64,000 nucleotides of DNA from Octopus sinensis (taxonomy: Eukaryota): NCBI RefSeq assembly GCF_006345805.1, contig NC_043001.1, positions 98,456,001-98,520,000 on the forward strand. Reading direction: 5' to 3'. Below the pieces are notes generated by a model. The model was given only the letters and a program-made list of their open reading frames with translations. It searched no databases and was not told the DNA's origin. The position numbers and the translations under genes were made by a program. This document shows positions 12,373 through 26,340 of the stretch, piece by piece (positions within the stretch are counted from its first letter, which is position 1; each line of letters starts with the position of its first letter).

Positions 12373-12769
12373 GTTGTATGCATATGCGTATAGGTATATG
12401 GGTGTTTTGCATATATTTTTTTTCTGTTAGCTTTTAAAAGAACTTTACTTTCGATTTGAGTTTCAGCATTTCCTCCACCTGAAATAAATAAGCAAAACAA
12501 CAATAACAAAAAGAGAAAACAAACAAACAAACAAAACAAACACAAAGACAACAACAACAACAACAACAAAAGAAAACTAACATAAATGCTACTGTTAAAA
12601 ACAAAACATTATGTTGTTTGTTTAATTTGTGTGATATTAATTTTTGAATGTATTGATTTTGGCAATCAATTTTAATTGGTGTGACAGTTCTTTTCAAATG
12701 AAAGACAATTGTTAAAAAGAACAATTTTAAGCATCAGCAGTGTTTGTGTTACTGAGAAGTGTTTATTAT

Positions 12770-13319
<550 letters not shown>

Positions 13320-13320
<1 letters not shown>

Positions 13321-13660
13321 AGGGAGTATAACTCCAAACTTACAGGGAAAAATTCAATTTAGTATTAAATCTAATTTCACAATATAAACATATAATATAT
13401 ATAAACTAGAAAAAACCACTATTATGCAATTCAAACAATGATAGACATAAACCATATCACATAGAAAAAATAATATATATTACAAAACATTTATCTAGAT
13501 CACAAAAAGTACAAAAAATGAATAAACATTATATAATAGGAATGTGTACGAGTGTATGTGCACGGGTATGCATGTCTATATACATTTGAATTGTCTATAT
13601 ACATTTGCATACATTTGAATTGCATAATAGTGATTTTCTCTAATTTATATATATATACAC
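13320..13660. mobile_element. AT-rich repeat with short internal inversion, probably a PLE terminal repeat
   Basis: AGGGAGTATAACTCCAAACTTACAGGG start shared with 33945. CCACTATTATGCA (~13417) has an imperfect inverted match near 13621. Related to 35440-35700, which carries a hammerhead motif. Confidence 0.55.
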
Positions 13661-14429
13661 ACTCCTATATATATATATATATATTATATATAATATATAT
13701 ATATGTATATGTGTGTGTGTGTGTATGTGTGTGTGTGTATGTGTGTGTGTGTGTATGTGTGTGTGTGTGTATGTGTGTGTGTGTGTGTATGGTGTGTGTG
13801 TGTGTGTATACACACTCCTATATCGAATGGATGTGCTGCTAAGCGCGACACGTATTCAAAGATCAGTCTCAACAGTGAATGTCACATTTCACTCCAGTAT
13901 CCTGTGTAGTAAGATGCGGGCATCAATCTCGGGATAGGCAGTTTGCAGAAAACGAGTAAAGTCACAAAAATATCAACGTACAGAAAAGAGATAAAGTGTA
14001 AAATGGTTTATAGAATATACACGTGTTTCGGCAATTTGCGCAAATAATTAGATAACAGTGATATTTCTTTTTTTTAATCTTGCCATATACCTCGTCAGTG
14101 TTCCGCAGTAAATACAAACACAGGTACTGAAGGCTCAATATGTATACATTTTTTTCCGTCATGCAAATTATCGATAGCTTCGCCTGCCACAAAAGATAAG
14201 ACACAAAAGACCGACCATGAGTACGAAGCTGCTTCTCTCTCAATTCCATGTAAGCTGACCAGAAAAAATACAAAAAAAAAAGCGAACAGGATTAAGAACA
14301 ATAATGATATTACCGATAGCAGAGGGTAATTTAGCGCTCGGGTTACAGATCAGGAGAAACAGGTTGTAACTGGTTGTCATTTGCCTTTCATGCTACCAGT
14401 TCCACCCACAACCCCCAAAACATCGAAGT

Positions 14430-15560
14430 ATACACTACAATCATACACCACCCTTACTCTCCACAGACCCCAAAATGAATAATACCAATACACATAAAAT
14501 CTTTAAATGCAAAAGGCAACATAAATCTTTGAAAAAACTCTTAACAAATGCCAAACTTCACACACCACATCCACCTCCATCAGTTAAAAAATGTGCACGC
14601 CCTAAGTGTGGTACCTGCCCCTTCCTACTTGAAGGCTCTGAATTTACTTTCAAACAAGGAACAAAGTTTAAAATCAAGACCAACTTATCCTGTTCCTCTG
14701 AGAACCTCATCTACGTTCTCACATACGCCGGTTGCCAACACAATTATGTTGGACAAACTAGCCTTCCTTTACGCAGAAGAGTAGCAGTCCATAAAGAACA
14801 GATAAATCTCCCACAATACCGTCAAATTCCACTCAGTAGCCACATAGACTCTTGCGTTAGAGATAAAAATCCCAAATTTCACATATTCCCTTTCTACCAA
14901 TGTAAAGATAGAATCTCTACACAAGAAAGAATCAACAAGGAGAATCTCTTTATTGAAAAATTCCAAACGCGTCTTAATATGCAAACTCCACGGTGACCAT
15001 ACTCCTTTTTCTAGCATCCTATCTGACAAAAAATTGATATAAGCATCTTGTTTGACAAAAAATCCATCATTCCAATTAAAGAGCATAAAATCCACAGAAT
15101 TGTCTCCCCTTACTCACAGGAACTGGATACTCCTACCCCATTTCCTGTTTTGACACATAATCACCTCACTATTTCAAAATATACACTACATTTAAACACA
15201 TGCATCCTGATCCTCCAAAGAAGTTTTTCCAAGGACTGTTATGGAACTCTAAAAGCATAAAGATTCTACAATGTATTGGTATACTTATTTATAAATTTTT
15301 CTATATATGTATTATTATTTTTTTGAAAAAAACATTGTAAATTTCTTTTTTCCCCTTCCTCAATTTAAAAGAAATTTTTTCCCCTTCCGAATCTTGAAAA
15401 TTTGCCTTGCAATAAAATCCGGTTTGATTTATTATTTTTTCTTTTTTAATTTTTCATACACCCATTTTTATTAAAATTTACTATCAATTTAGCATTCTGC
15501 CTTATAATTTTTCCTCTCCTATCATTTCTCCACGTGCGGTTAACACAACTCCCCCACCAT
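14430..15560 (+). mobile_element. 5'-truncated Penelope-like element: GIY-YIG endonuclease end plus 3' region
   Basis: See ORF 14475-14996. The 3' boundary is approximate. Confidence 0.75.
14475..14996 (+). pseudogene. PLE GIY-YIG endonuclease fragment (173 aa open frame)
   Basis: CARPKCGTCPF...LSCSSENLIYVLTYAGCQHNYVGQTSLPLRRRVAVHKEQI...SSH: a GIY-YIG signature with the PLE CCHH-type residues. Confidence 0.85.
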
Positions 15561-15569
15561 TTACTGACT

Positions 15570-15780
15570 TATATATAGGGAAAGTTTACGAAAAAAACAA
15601 AAGACGAAGACAGGTGGTGTACAAAATAAACAGATGTATTAGTATAACGCTCTGGAATAGAAAAAGTCTTTTACGTTTCGAGCCTACGCTCTTCTACAGA
15701 AAGGGACACAGAAAAAACAAGGAGAGAAACAAGGAGAGAAAAAAGTGTGTAGTGGCTAACGATCTATCATGGCGACTAAT
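15570..15780 (-). mobile_element. Solo terminal-repeat fragment of the 16776-18041 PLE family
   Basis: Shares ACGTTTCGAGCCTACGCTCTTC with ~16908 and ~30228. Confidence 0.65.
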
Positions 15781-15859
15781 ATATATATATTTATATATAT
15801 AGATAGATAGATAAATAGACAGATAGATATATCTATTATATAACATATGTTCTGTGTGT

Positions 15860-16107
15860 GTGTGTGTGTCTTCTAAGATCTCGGGCATCCTCCACGTAAT
15901 TGCGCTCAAATTTGATATGTAGATACCGACGGTATGAGGGCGTGTATGAATCTAGAAAAAATTGCAAAAATCGATTCCAGGTGAGAATGCGATCGATAAA
16001 GCCGTGGGAACGTGCCTATGAGACGGTCGGACAAGTTCTTTTGAGAAAATTTGGTTTAAATGTTTGACAACTCAGCACCGCCCATTGAACGGGAGGCGTT
16101 TTGCTCG
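15860..16107 (+). mobile_element. Possible non-autonomous Helitron/Helentron-associated element
   Basis: Microsatellite-led 5' part, and a short GC hairpin GCCCATTGAACGGG close to a CTCGT (CTAGT-like) 3' end. Confidence 0.3.
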
Positions 16108-16168
<61 letters not shown>

Positions 16169-16360
16169 ATATATATATTATATACACTATATATACATAT
16201 TAATATAGATATTATATATATATATACACACACAATATATATATATTATATGTGTGTGTGTGTGTGTGTGTGTATTTATGTGTAAATTAAATCATATTAT
16301 TTATATGATATTATAATTTAATTATATATATTATTATAGATATATATATATATATTATAT

Positions 16361-16397
<37 letters not shown>

Positions 16398-16399
<2 letters not shown>

Positions 16400-16692
16400 G
16401 CGCGTGGCTTAGTGGTTAGGGCATTCGGCTCACGATTGTAACGTCATGAGTTCAATTCCCGGCGACGCTTTGTGTCCTTGAACAAGACACTTTATTTCAC
16501 GTTGCTCCAGTCCACTCAGCTTTATTTCAAAGGGCCTTGTCATACACTATGTCACACTGAATCTCCCTGAGAACTACGTTAGTGGTACACGTGTCTGTAG
16601 ATTGCTCAGTCACTTGCACGTTAATTTCACGAGCAAGCTGTTCTGCTGATCGTATCAACTGGGACCCTCATCGTCGTAACCGACCGAGTGCT
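16398..16692 (+). mobile_element. SINE family E (tRNA head, CORE-like TGTGTCCTTGAACAAGACAC)
   Basis: A- and B-box-like motifs. Related reverse pieces at 10420-10610, 45880-46065 and 52130-52345. Confidence 0.75.
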
Positions 16693-16742
16693 CCTATATA
16701 TATGTATCTCTCTCTCTCTCTTCTTCTCTCTCTCTCTCTCTA

Positions 16743-16775
<33 letters not shown>

Positions 16776-16777
<2 letters not shown>

Positions 16778-18041
16778 GGGATATTTATGAAAATAGACAA
16801 AAGACGAAGGCAGGTTTACGGAAATAAACAAAAGACGAAGGCAGGTGGAATACAAACAAACAATTGTATTAGTATGGCGCTCAGGAAATATAAATAAAAC
16901 AATCTTTAACGTTTCGAGCCTACGCTCTTCAAACAGAGATACACAGAGAAAAAACACAGAAAGAAGGGAGAAAAAAATATGCGTGCAGAAGCTAGCGAAT
17001 CAACATGGCGATCTGATTTCGGCCAGAAGTCAAAGATCAAACATGAGACGCAAGAGCGAAATTAGGGGAGATAATAGGGTTGAATGACCTCACTCCAACA
17101 TAAGAGTGTGTGTGTGTGGTGTATGAGAAGAGTGTGTGTGTGTGTATGAGAGAGTATTAGTGCGTATGAGAGGTCTGGACGTGTGTATGTATATATGATG
17201 TTGATGTGTAAAGTCGTATGGTGTAGTGTAGAGAGAGGAGAAGAGGGGGGAGGGGGAGTAAGGGGGGAGAGGTGAGGGGAGGGGTAAGGGGGGGAGAAAG
17301 AAAGGGGAGAAGAGGAGGGGGAAGAGGAAGGGGGAGAAGGAAGGAGAGGAGAAGAGGAGGGGAGAGAGAGGAGGAGGGAGATAGGGAGAGGGAGAAGAGA
17401 GAGAAGGGGGTGAGGGAGCAGAGGGAAGGGGAAGAGGGAAGAAGGAGGCAGGGAGAAAGAGGGAAGAAGGAAGGGAGTAAGGGTGAAAGGATGAAGGACT
17501 GAAGAGAAGTAGGGGTCGGGGGGAGGTTAGATGAGGAGGGGGGGAGAGGGGGGGTTAGATGAGGAGGGGGGGAGAGTTGAGACCAAATGGCGTATAAGAG
17601 CGAAGAGAGAAGATTAATCCTGTTCACGGCGCAAACGGGAATCCGGATGGCCGCTGTGTAAGGACAAACCGAACACAGACAGGTGTTTGCAAGGAGTGAC
17701 CGTGGAGCGGAAATGGCGTGAGACCGGGTGTGTCGTTCGCAAGGCGGATGTCACGAAGGTGTTCCGCGAACCGGTCAGCCAAGCGGCGTCCCGTTTGTCC
17801 GATGTTACAGGGAATGGCAGAGAGCGCAAGAGACGCAATAGATAATATTGCTGGAGGTGCAGGTGAAGGAGTGATGATGCGATAGGGTCGATGATGGGTG
17901 CCAGTGAGAGGGTGGTGTTGGAGAGGTAAAGGCAAGTGCGGCAACGTGGGCGGGAGCAGGGAGGAACGAGCCAGGTTGGGAGGTAGGGTCAGGGAAAGGA
18001 GCTATGGACCAAAAGGTCTCGAAGGTTATGGGCTCGTTGAA
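16776..18041 (-). mobile_element. Second PLE family: frameshifted GIY-YIG end, purine tract and terminal repeat
   Basis: Minus strand reads SFQRAHNLRDLLVHSSF...TCTSSNIIYCVSCALCHSL/IGQTGRRLADRFAEHLRDIRLAND across frames (17620-18035). Confidence 0.8.
17230..17580. repeat. ~350-bp polypurine (G/A) tract
   Basis: Almost pure G/A on the + strand, within the PLE 3' region. Confidence 0.9.
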
Positions 18042-18051
18042 AGATATATAT

Positions 18052-18082
<31 letters not shown>

Positions 18083-18450
18083 CTATTATATATATATATA
18101 TATTTAATTATATATATATATATATATTATATATTATAAAGGGTTTGTATGATTGTGTATAGAGAGATATATAATCATTCAAAGAGATTCCAAATCTGTC
18201 TGTTTTTTATGTTTTATTTATATTCTTTATGATTTTAATGTAGAATATAGAATATATAGTATAAATAATACATATATAGTAAAATGAAATGAAGTATTGA
18301 TTGTCTTATTGAACAGATGAAATGTTGAAAAAATATTAAGGGAGTAGTATACTTCAAGGTCCCAGGTTATGACAGGAGTGTTTCAACTGCATATACATAC
18401 ATACATACATACATAACACACATATATATATATATATTATAATATATATA

Positions 18451-18502
<52 letters not shown>

Positions 18503-19446
18503 GAAATGACTGATTGTTTTGTCCCCCCCCCCCCTCTTAGCGTATTATATATATGTATGTATATATATATATCTATATATATATATATATATAATATGCC
18601 CTCTATATATAAAATATATATATAATACATATATTATATATATATATAATAATATATATATGCTTGCGTCATTTGCTCGCTTTCATCACTTCCTATTAGT
18701 GTTTGTTTTCTGCGGGAACATAACAGTTCTTTTACTTAGGGATAAAGCTAATTAATAAAGGAAGAGACAAACAGTGGAAATAAGTACTTTACCCTGCTAA
18801 CTGAAAAAGAAGACACACCACACACACACACACACACAAAAAAAAATTTAGTAAAACAAATAAACAAACGGAAAGGCAATCGATGTAGTACGTGAATATC
18901 ACAACAACACTATTATTAATAAAAATAGGCGGGAAGAAGCAAAACACCATTTCAAGGTAGGAGCTAAACATAGGAAGGTGTTTGCAACTATTATTGGCTA
19001 TAATCAGCCTTTAGCTGTTGTTCAGAGACAGTAGCTGTATTATATGGTAGAATAGTTCTATTGCACATTAGGTGTAGGTTTTATCCTATTAACAGAAACA
19101 AAAATTAACCATCAACAATGTGAAAGGCGATTTGTCTGGTGCAGAATTATATAAACATACACATAAATGCGAACTGCGCGCGCACGCACTCACACACACA
19201 TACACACACGCACAAACATATGGGAATTTCTATGTGTACGTATCATGTGTATATATATATATATATATATTATGTGTTTGTGTGTATATGTGTGTAAATG
19301 CACCTATATGTATGTGAATACACATGAATACACACACACACACATACGCACACACATATATACATGCACGCACACACATACACACACATCCTCGAAAGGA
19401 TGTCGACTTCGGTGGAATTCAAAATCCGAACGTAAAAAACGGACGA

Positions 19447-19507
19447 AATAATAATAATAATAATAATAATAATAGTAATGATAATAATAATAATAATAAT
19501 AATAATG

Positions 19508-19548
<41 letters not shown>

Positions 19549-19628
19549 TAATAATAATAATAATGATGATGATGATGATGATGATGATGATAATAATAAT
19601 AATAATAATAATAACAATAAGAATAAAG

Positions 19629-19661
<33 letters not shown>

Positions 19662-19672
19662 TAATAGTAATG

Positions 19673-19710
<38 letters not shown>

Positions 19711-19724
19711 TAATAATAATGATA

Positions 19725-19798
<74 letters not shown>

Positions 19799-19803
19799 TA
19801 ATA
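19447..19803. repeat. (AAT)n/(GAT)n microsatellite
   Basis: Directly visible. Confidence 0.95.
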
Positions 19804-19804
19804 A

Positions 19805-20370
19805 ACCTACATACATTGGAAGCTATGCCAACATTATGGAATAACAACAGAAAAAAGATGGTATAGGCACACACCAGAAAAGGTCACAGAAAACGAGAAA
19901 GCAACCACACTCTGGGATATGCCGATACACACAGATAGAGAAATTAAGGCCAACAGACCAGATATAGTTGTCAGAGATCACGAAGAAAAAAAAATGCTTT
20001 CTAATTGATGTATCAATACCGGCTGATGACAACGTGTCTCTAAAAGAAATGGAGAAACTCTCAAAATACAAAGACCTGGAAATAGAGGTAACTAGAATGT
20101 GGAATCTGAAAAAGAAACAATTCCTATCATAGTAGGTGCATTAGGCATGATAAAAAAATATTCAGACAAATACATAACAAAAACACCAGGACTTACAAAC
20201 ACATATAACATACAGAAAATTGCACTACTAGGCACTGCACACATCCTACGAAGAACACTTTCCATACAATAACCATCAGAGCATCACAACAAATCACAGC
20301 ACATACCCAAGGCACACAGAGCTGTGCTCGGTAGTGAAGTGAAAGCGCGCTATAAAAATAAAACTACTGA
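19805..20370 (+). mobile_element. 3' end of an R4/Dong-like RLE LINE inside (AAT)n
   Basis: IHWKLCQHYG...[54 protein letters not shown]...KYKDL...IPIIVGALG...AHILRRTLSIQ* (stop 20270-20272), with one frameshift and a PD..D RLE motif. AAT arrays on both sides. Confidence 0.85.
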
Positions 20371-20439
20371 ATAATAATAATAATAATAATGATGATGATG
20401 ATAATAATAATAATGATGATGATGATGATGATGATGATG

Positions 20440-20503
<64 letters not shown>

Positions 20504-20525
20504 TAATAATAATGATAATAATAAT

Positions 20526-21076
20526 GCCCTGATGCAGTACTAGGCAGTGGCTCTCATACCTTCTGATCTTAACTGATTGGAAGTGTTATGTACATTGTTT
20601 TGTCTTGGTATAAATGACGGGCTACAGTAAATATTCTGCTCAATACCACAAATTTGCTTTTCAGTTGTTTGACCTTAACCAGTTGACCATGTCCCTTAGT
20701 GGCAGACAATATGTGCATCTCTGATCACGAGCAGAAGTAATGAGGGAGCATCATAGCCATGTGTTGAGAGGGATTCTTTGGGGTTTGAATAATTCCCCTC
20801 TGGAAACATGGGTGTTTTGTTCAACATCCTTAAACAACCCTTATTCAGGGACCGTTTGAGCGGGATGGGCTACTCGACCAGAAGAAAATTCTAACTGGGC
20901 CCCACCTGCAAGGTCATGTGTTGTTTATCTTGTTATAAGATCACCACATCGCGCACATATGGCTGTGATGCATGTGCTTAGTGTACCCTTATTAGACGGG
21001 TAGTCATGATGGGTATACTGGGCTTCGTATATTTTACCCCAGTGTCACTTTGATAGCATGCACTGCTCTCTCACTC

Positions 21077-21077
<1 letters not shown>
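20526..21077 (+). mobile_element. Non-coding ~550-bp insert with an (AAT)n tail, probably the 3' UTR of another retroelement
   Basis: Complex sequence bounded on both sides by AAT arrays. No ORF recognised. Confidence 0.45.
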
Positions 21078-21155
<78 letters not shown>

Positions 21156-21368
21156 GTCTTAACTGGTACATCACACGTATTGAGAAGAGCATTGTCGATG
21201 TGAGAACTGTTGCTGCTCATGTATTTTAATTTAACTTTAAAAAAAAAAAATGAACGAACTATTGAGTTTGGTTTAACGGCCTACCAATGTATACTATGAG
21301 TTTCTTTGCCCTAAGAGTCGGGAAGACACTCGGCAAGAAATGGAAGCAAATTTGAAAGAAGAAAAAAA

Positions 21369-21411
<43 letters not shown>

Positions 21412-21424
21412 CAATAATAATAAT

Positions 21425-21848
21425 CTTTTCTACTAAAGGCACAAGGCCTGAAATTTTGTGGGGAGGGGTCTAGTCGGTTACATTGATCCCAGTGCGTAAC
21501 TAGCACCTATTTCATTGACCTCGGAAGGATGAGAGGCAAAGTCGACCTCGGCGGAATTTGAACTCAGAACGTAGCGGCGTGTTAACGATTCTGCCACCTT
21601 GCTGCCATAAATGATAATAATCGTTTCTATATAGGCACAAAGCCTGAATTTAGGGGAGGGGATAGTCGATTACATCGACCCCAGTACACAACTAATAATC
21701 ATTTTATTGCTCCGAAAGGATGAAAGATAAAGTCGACCTCGGCAGAATTTGAACTCAGAACGTAAAGACGGAAGAAATTTTGCCCGGCGCGGTAACGATT
21801 CTACCAGCCCGCCACCTTTCCTTAAATAATAATGATGATGATACCTTA

Positions 21849-21896
<48 letters not shown>

Positions 21897-22370
21897 TAAT
21901 AATAATATAATAATAATAATAATAACAACAATAATAATAATCTTTTCTACTAAAGGCACAAGGCCTGAAATTTTGTGGGGAGGGGTCTAGTCGGTTACAT
22001 TGATCCCAGTGCGTAACTAGCACCTATTTCATTGACCTCGGAAGGATGAGAGGCAAAGTCGACCTCGGCGGAATTTGAACTCAGAACGTAGCGGCGTGTT
22101 AACGATTCTGCCACCTTGCTGCCATAAATGATAATAATCGTTTCTACTATAGGCACAAAGCCTGAAATTTAGGGGAGGGGATAGTCGATTACATCGACCC
22201 CAGTACACAACTAATAATCATTTTATTGCTCCGAAAAGGATGAAAGATAAAGTCGACCTCGGCAGAATTTGAACTCAGAACGTAAAGACGGAAGAAATTT
22301 TGCCCGGCGCGGTAACGATTCTACCAGCCCGCCACCTTTCCTTAAATAATAATGATGATGATACCTTAAA
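21425..22370 (-). repeat. Near-identical tandem duplication (period ~517 bp) of a two-SINE-A block
   Basis: 21425-21850 and 21942-22370 differ by about three small indels. Confidence 0.9.
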
Positions 22371-22387
22371 TAATAATAATAATAATA

Positions 22388-22440
<53 letters not shown>

Positions 22441-22459
22441 TAATAATAATAATAATAAT

Positions 22460-22860
22460 ACTGGTAGAAACATCACCCTGAGCCAAACGTTGATGGTAAA
22501 AATGTTACTATCCTCTGGGTTTTTCCAGTCAACAACATCGACAGAACGATCTAGGCTAATCGACCAGACATAGTCATTAAAGATAGGGAAGATAATACTT
22601 GTAGACTAACAAATGTAAGTGTTTCCACTGATAAGAATATATCTGTAAAGGAATTAGACAAATTAAGTGAATAGAAGGACCTAGAAATTGAAATACAAGA
22701 GATGTAGCATCTTAAAGCGAGAACTGTTCCTGTTACTGTGGGTAACCTAGGTATGATAAGGGATGTCAAAAATAGGAGGACCATGTCTCAGAGGAATCCA
22801 AAAGATTGTGCTAACAAGTACTGCCAACATCCTTAGAAAAACCCTATCCATTTAAATGTC
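22460..22860 (+). mobile_element. Older R4/Dong-like RLE LINE 3' fragment
   Basis: HHPEPNVDGKNVTILW...ANRPDIVIKDRED...KDLEIEI...VPVTVGNLG...ILRKTLSI* with stops. It directly follows (AAT)n. Confidence 0.75.
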
Positions 22861-23596
22861 TGTGTTGTATTACATGAAGATATTTCTCTACTGCCCCTGC
22901 CACTTGCCCTCCTCAAGCTTTCAGTCATACTGCAACATCTCTTATCCTTCACTCGCCTAGGACGCTGGGTGTATCTCGGCAAATGATTGTTACAAACATA
23001 CAGATTAAAAGTAAATAACAACAACAACAATAATAATAATAACAATAATAAAAAAATAATAACAATATCTCTAATTAGGAACAAAACCATTAGTTTTTTG
23101 AAGAGGGATGATAAAAAAATCCCAGTATCTTTTATTTTGTCGATGAACAAAAGCAAAATTGACTATCCCGGGATTGAACTCAGACCGTAAAGAGCCGGAG
23201 TAAATACTGAAAAGTAATTTTTCGATGTTCTAACGATCCTACCAATCCATCGTACTTATAATGATGATGGTGACGATGATGATGATGATGATGAGGCCAG
23301 CAATTTAGTGGGAGGGGGGCGGGGGCGAGGGGGAGGGCAGACAATTTCAGCAACTCCAAAGCTTGACTAGCACTTTATTTTAACGACCCCGGAAGTATGA
23401 AGGACAAAGATGACCTCAGTGGGATTTGATCACAGAACATAGAGAGTTGCAATAAATACCGCAAAACGTTTCTTGTGACAGTTTAACAATTACGCTTTAA
23501 CAACAACCACAACAACCACCACAATGATAATATATATTTATATATATATGTGTGTGTATATGTGTTTGTGTATGTGTGTTTGTCTCGCTCTTCTTC

Positions 23597-23643
<47 letters not shown>

Positions 23644-24254
23644 AACACACACACTCTCACACACAGATATGTATAAAACTAGAAATATAAACGTACTATT
23701 TAAACTTAGGCGTATATATGAGTGTGTGCGTATGTTTCTATGATCGTTTGTTTACAAGTATTAACACAATCACAGGAAAGACTACTTTAATACTTTAGTA
23801 GCGGAAAGATATATTTTTTATTGTTCAAGTTGATTCCTTTAGGTTTTCCTCTGAAGAAATGCTTAGATGGCATATCAAGTAAGAAAGTTTCAGAAAAGAG
23901 TTGTGGAATTATCATAGGTATTCAGTGCTGTGTTAAGGTTTGTATTGTAAACATCTTTTCGGTCTCATTTGTTTACATCCCGGTTCTATTTCATGTTTCA
24001 AATTTTCTCGGTAGACTTCGTTCTGTGACAGCATTTAGAGATTATTTCTTTTCTTTTCTTTTCTCGGTTTGTTTTGTGATGATATTATATTTCTCTGCAA
24101 TGCGTAATTAGCATTATCACTATGTTTAAATAGAAAGTTCGAAATAGTTAAACTCGAAATGGTCAATTGACATAAAACTGCTTTTCTCTCCTGTCAGCTT
24201 GATGGTGGTGGACTTAATGTTGAACAAAAAGCTTTTAAAGCTGCCTTCGCAGAT

Positions 24255-24762
24255 CTTTAACTTGTTTCTGCCATTGAGCTGTGGCCATGCTGGGGCATCA
24301 CCTAGAAGAGTTTAGTAGAAAGAAATCAATTCCAGGACTTACTTTTAAAGCTCGCTACTTATTCTATCGGTCTCTTTTGCCGAGCCACTATGTTTTCGGG
24401 GACGTAAACGAACACAGGTTGTCAAGTGGTGGTGGGGGACAAACACAAACACACCCACACTTGTGTTTCCGGCTGTCAAATAATTCACTAACAAGGCGTT
24501 TGCTGGCCCAGGGTTATATTAGAAGATACTTGCCCAAGGTACCACGCAGTCGAACTGAACCGGGGACCATGTGGTTGGGAAGCAAACTTCTTAACACACA
24601 TCCACATCTCGACGAGCTTTCAGTTATCATCTATGAAATCTACATACAAAGTTTCATTCGGCCCGGAGCTAAAGCAGAAGACACTTGCTCTGTGTGCCGC
24701 ACAGTGGGATTGAACCTAAGACCTTTTTTGTTGGGAAGCAAGATTCTCAACCACACAGCTAC
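24255..24762 (-). mobile_element. Diverged SINE B plus a second head fragment
   Basis: Tail and CORE-like motifs present twice. Confidence 0.75.
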
Positions 24763-25063
24763 GCCAAAACATTTTTCTTCGTGTCTTTACTTCTTGCTTA
24801 AGATGCTATCTTTCAGCCGGTTTGTATATGTATGCGCAAAGATGTATATCAGTATTGCTGTTGATAAGCCGTTTACAGTGGTTACTGAACTGGCCAACGA
24901 AAAAAACAATCTCCTTCTTGAAATAGCTAAATAATCCCTTCCTTATTCTCTCTACCTCCAACTTAACTAGCTTCCAAATTCTTTTCCTTTCTGCACCCCC
25001 ACCCGCACTTCCATCCTGTGAAAATGTACAACGACTATTTGTCTGCCATTTTCTGTAATTTTT

Positions 25064-25231
25064 TGCTGCTCACTCTCACATAGACTAAGGGCGATAAAAA
25101 AAAACTTGGCTCGCTCCCCACCAAGAAAGTATTTGTCCGAAATATCAGAAACTATTCAAAAAATGATATACGATATCAAAAAAGTTTACACTTCGCCAGT
25201 AACATGTGTGCATGTATGTGTTTGTGTATTT
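25064..25231 (+). repeat. Left arm of a ~165-bp inverted repeat pair
   Basis: High-identity reverse complement of 27055-27218. Confidence 0.85.
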
Positions 25232-25699
25232 CCCATCAAATCATTGGATTAGCTAAGAAAGATAGCACCGTTAAAAGTAATAATGCCGATATAATAATGC
25301 ATATTAGGAGATCTCTGCTTTTCCTCAACGGCTCCAGTTTGGCGAAAATCCGTAATGACACACAACACTAGATGTCGGTATGAACAGCCAAAATGGAGCT
25401 AGTGTATGTAAGCTTGGTATATACTGAAAGCAAAATCTAATTTTCTTGATATGAAACCAAATTTCTTTGTATCGTTACATCACACACATTAATAATGTAC
25501 TTGACACCAACTTAAGCATAATTTTCACCAGTCTCAAAAGGCCTGTTCTCAAAAGGCCTCCCGTTCTTTTATTTAGACCTTTAAAAATCTATTACAATCT
25601 GAAAAATTTTAAAGTCTGTATACAAGCTGATCATGAGTGAACGTCAGTTGTTGTTTTCTATACAAGATTGACATATATTAAAAGTTTCACCTCTAAAAG

Positions 25700-26340
25700 A
25701 CTAACAGATGTAAATCAGCTTTAAGATTTTGTAAATGCTCTTAAGGTATTAATCCATTGAAGCAGTTCTATTGTAATTAGAGTGAATTACAAAATATATC
25801 TCACCCAAGATATAAGATTCTGCCCTGAGACCTGTAAATATGATATCAAAATTGAAAGCTAAGAAGCTAATGTAGATAAATATTCTCATTACCTTGCCAA
25901 TATAAACAGAAATTTAATTAGATAAAGAATAGCTAATGCTTCATTAAATAGGGACACTTTCAAAACAGTTGCCAGTTGTTACTATAACGCATTACCAAAT
26001 AAAAGTGGATTAAAAAGAGGGAAATGCTTGTTACCCAAGCGTGAGAACAAAGGAAATAAACGTAGAAATACCTTCAGGGAAAATATATCCTCGTATATAG
26101 TTAAAAGTTTTGTAGCCCTAATAAAAAATGTAATGTCTGGAGTTTACTTAATAAAAATAACGTCAAAGTTGGCCCCACGAAAACTTTAAACAACATATTA
26201 ACGGAAAAAAAAACATCAAAGGCGCATCAGACGAATGCCTAGGTAACCGAATGAAAAATATTTAAAGAAAGCAATTAAATACGAAGTAAAGGTAACAGTG
26301 TTAATGCTAAAATCCAATCCATACATCGATCGCTTAGGAA
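25700..26340 (+). mobile_element. Heavily decayed PLE (RT C-terminal region to GIY-YIG)
   Basis: Remnants VDKYSHYLANINRNL, RIANASLNRDTF...YYNAL, LNKNNVKV and IKYEVKVT...YID appear in PLE order. Confidence 0.45.

Noticed and set aside
23941-23980. TGTAAACA...TGTTTACA hairpin with a miR-30-like seed
   Set aside because: The stem is only 8 bp, and miR-30 is a vertebrate family.
24281-24934. 217-aa ORF
   Set aside because: Mostly antisense SINE B sequence, and similar peptides recur at other SINE B copies.
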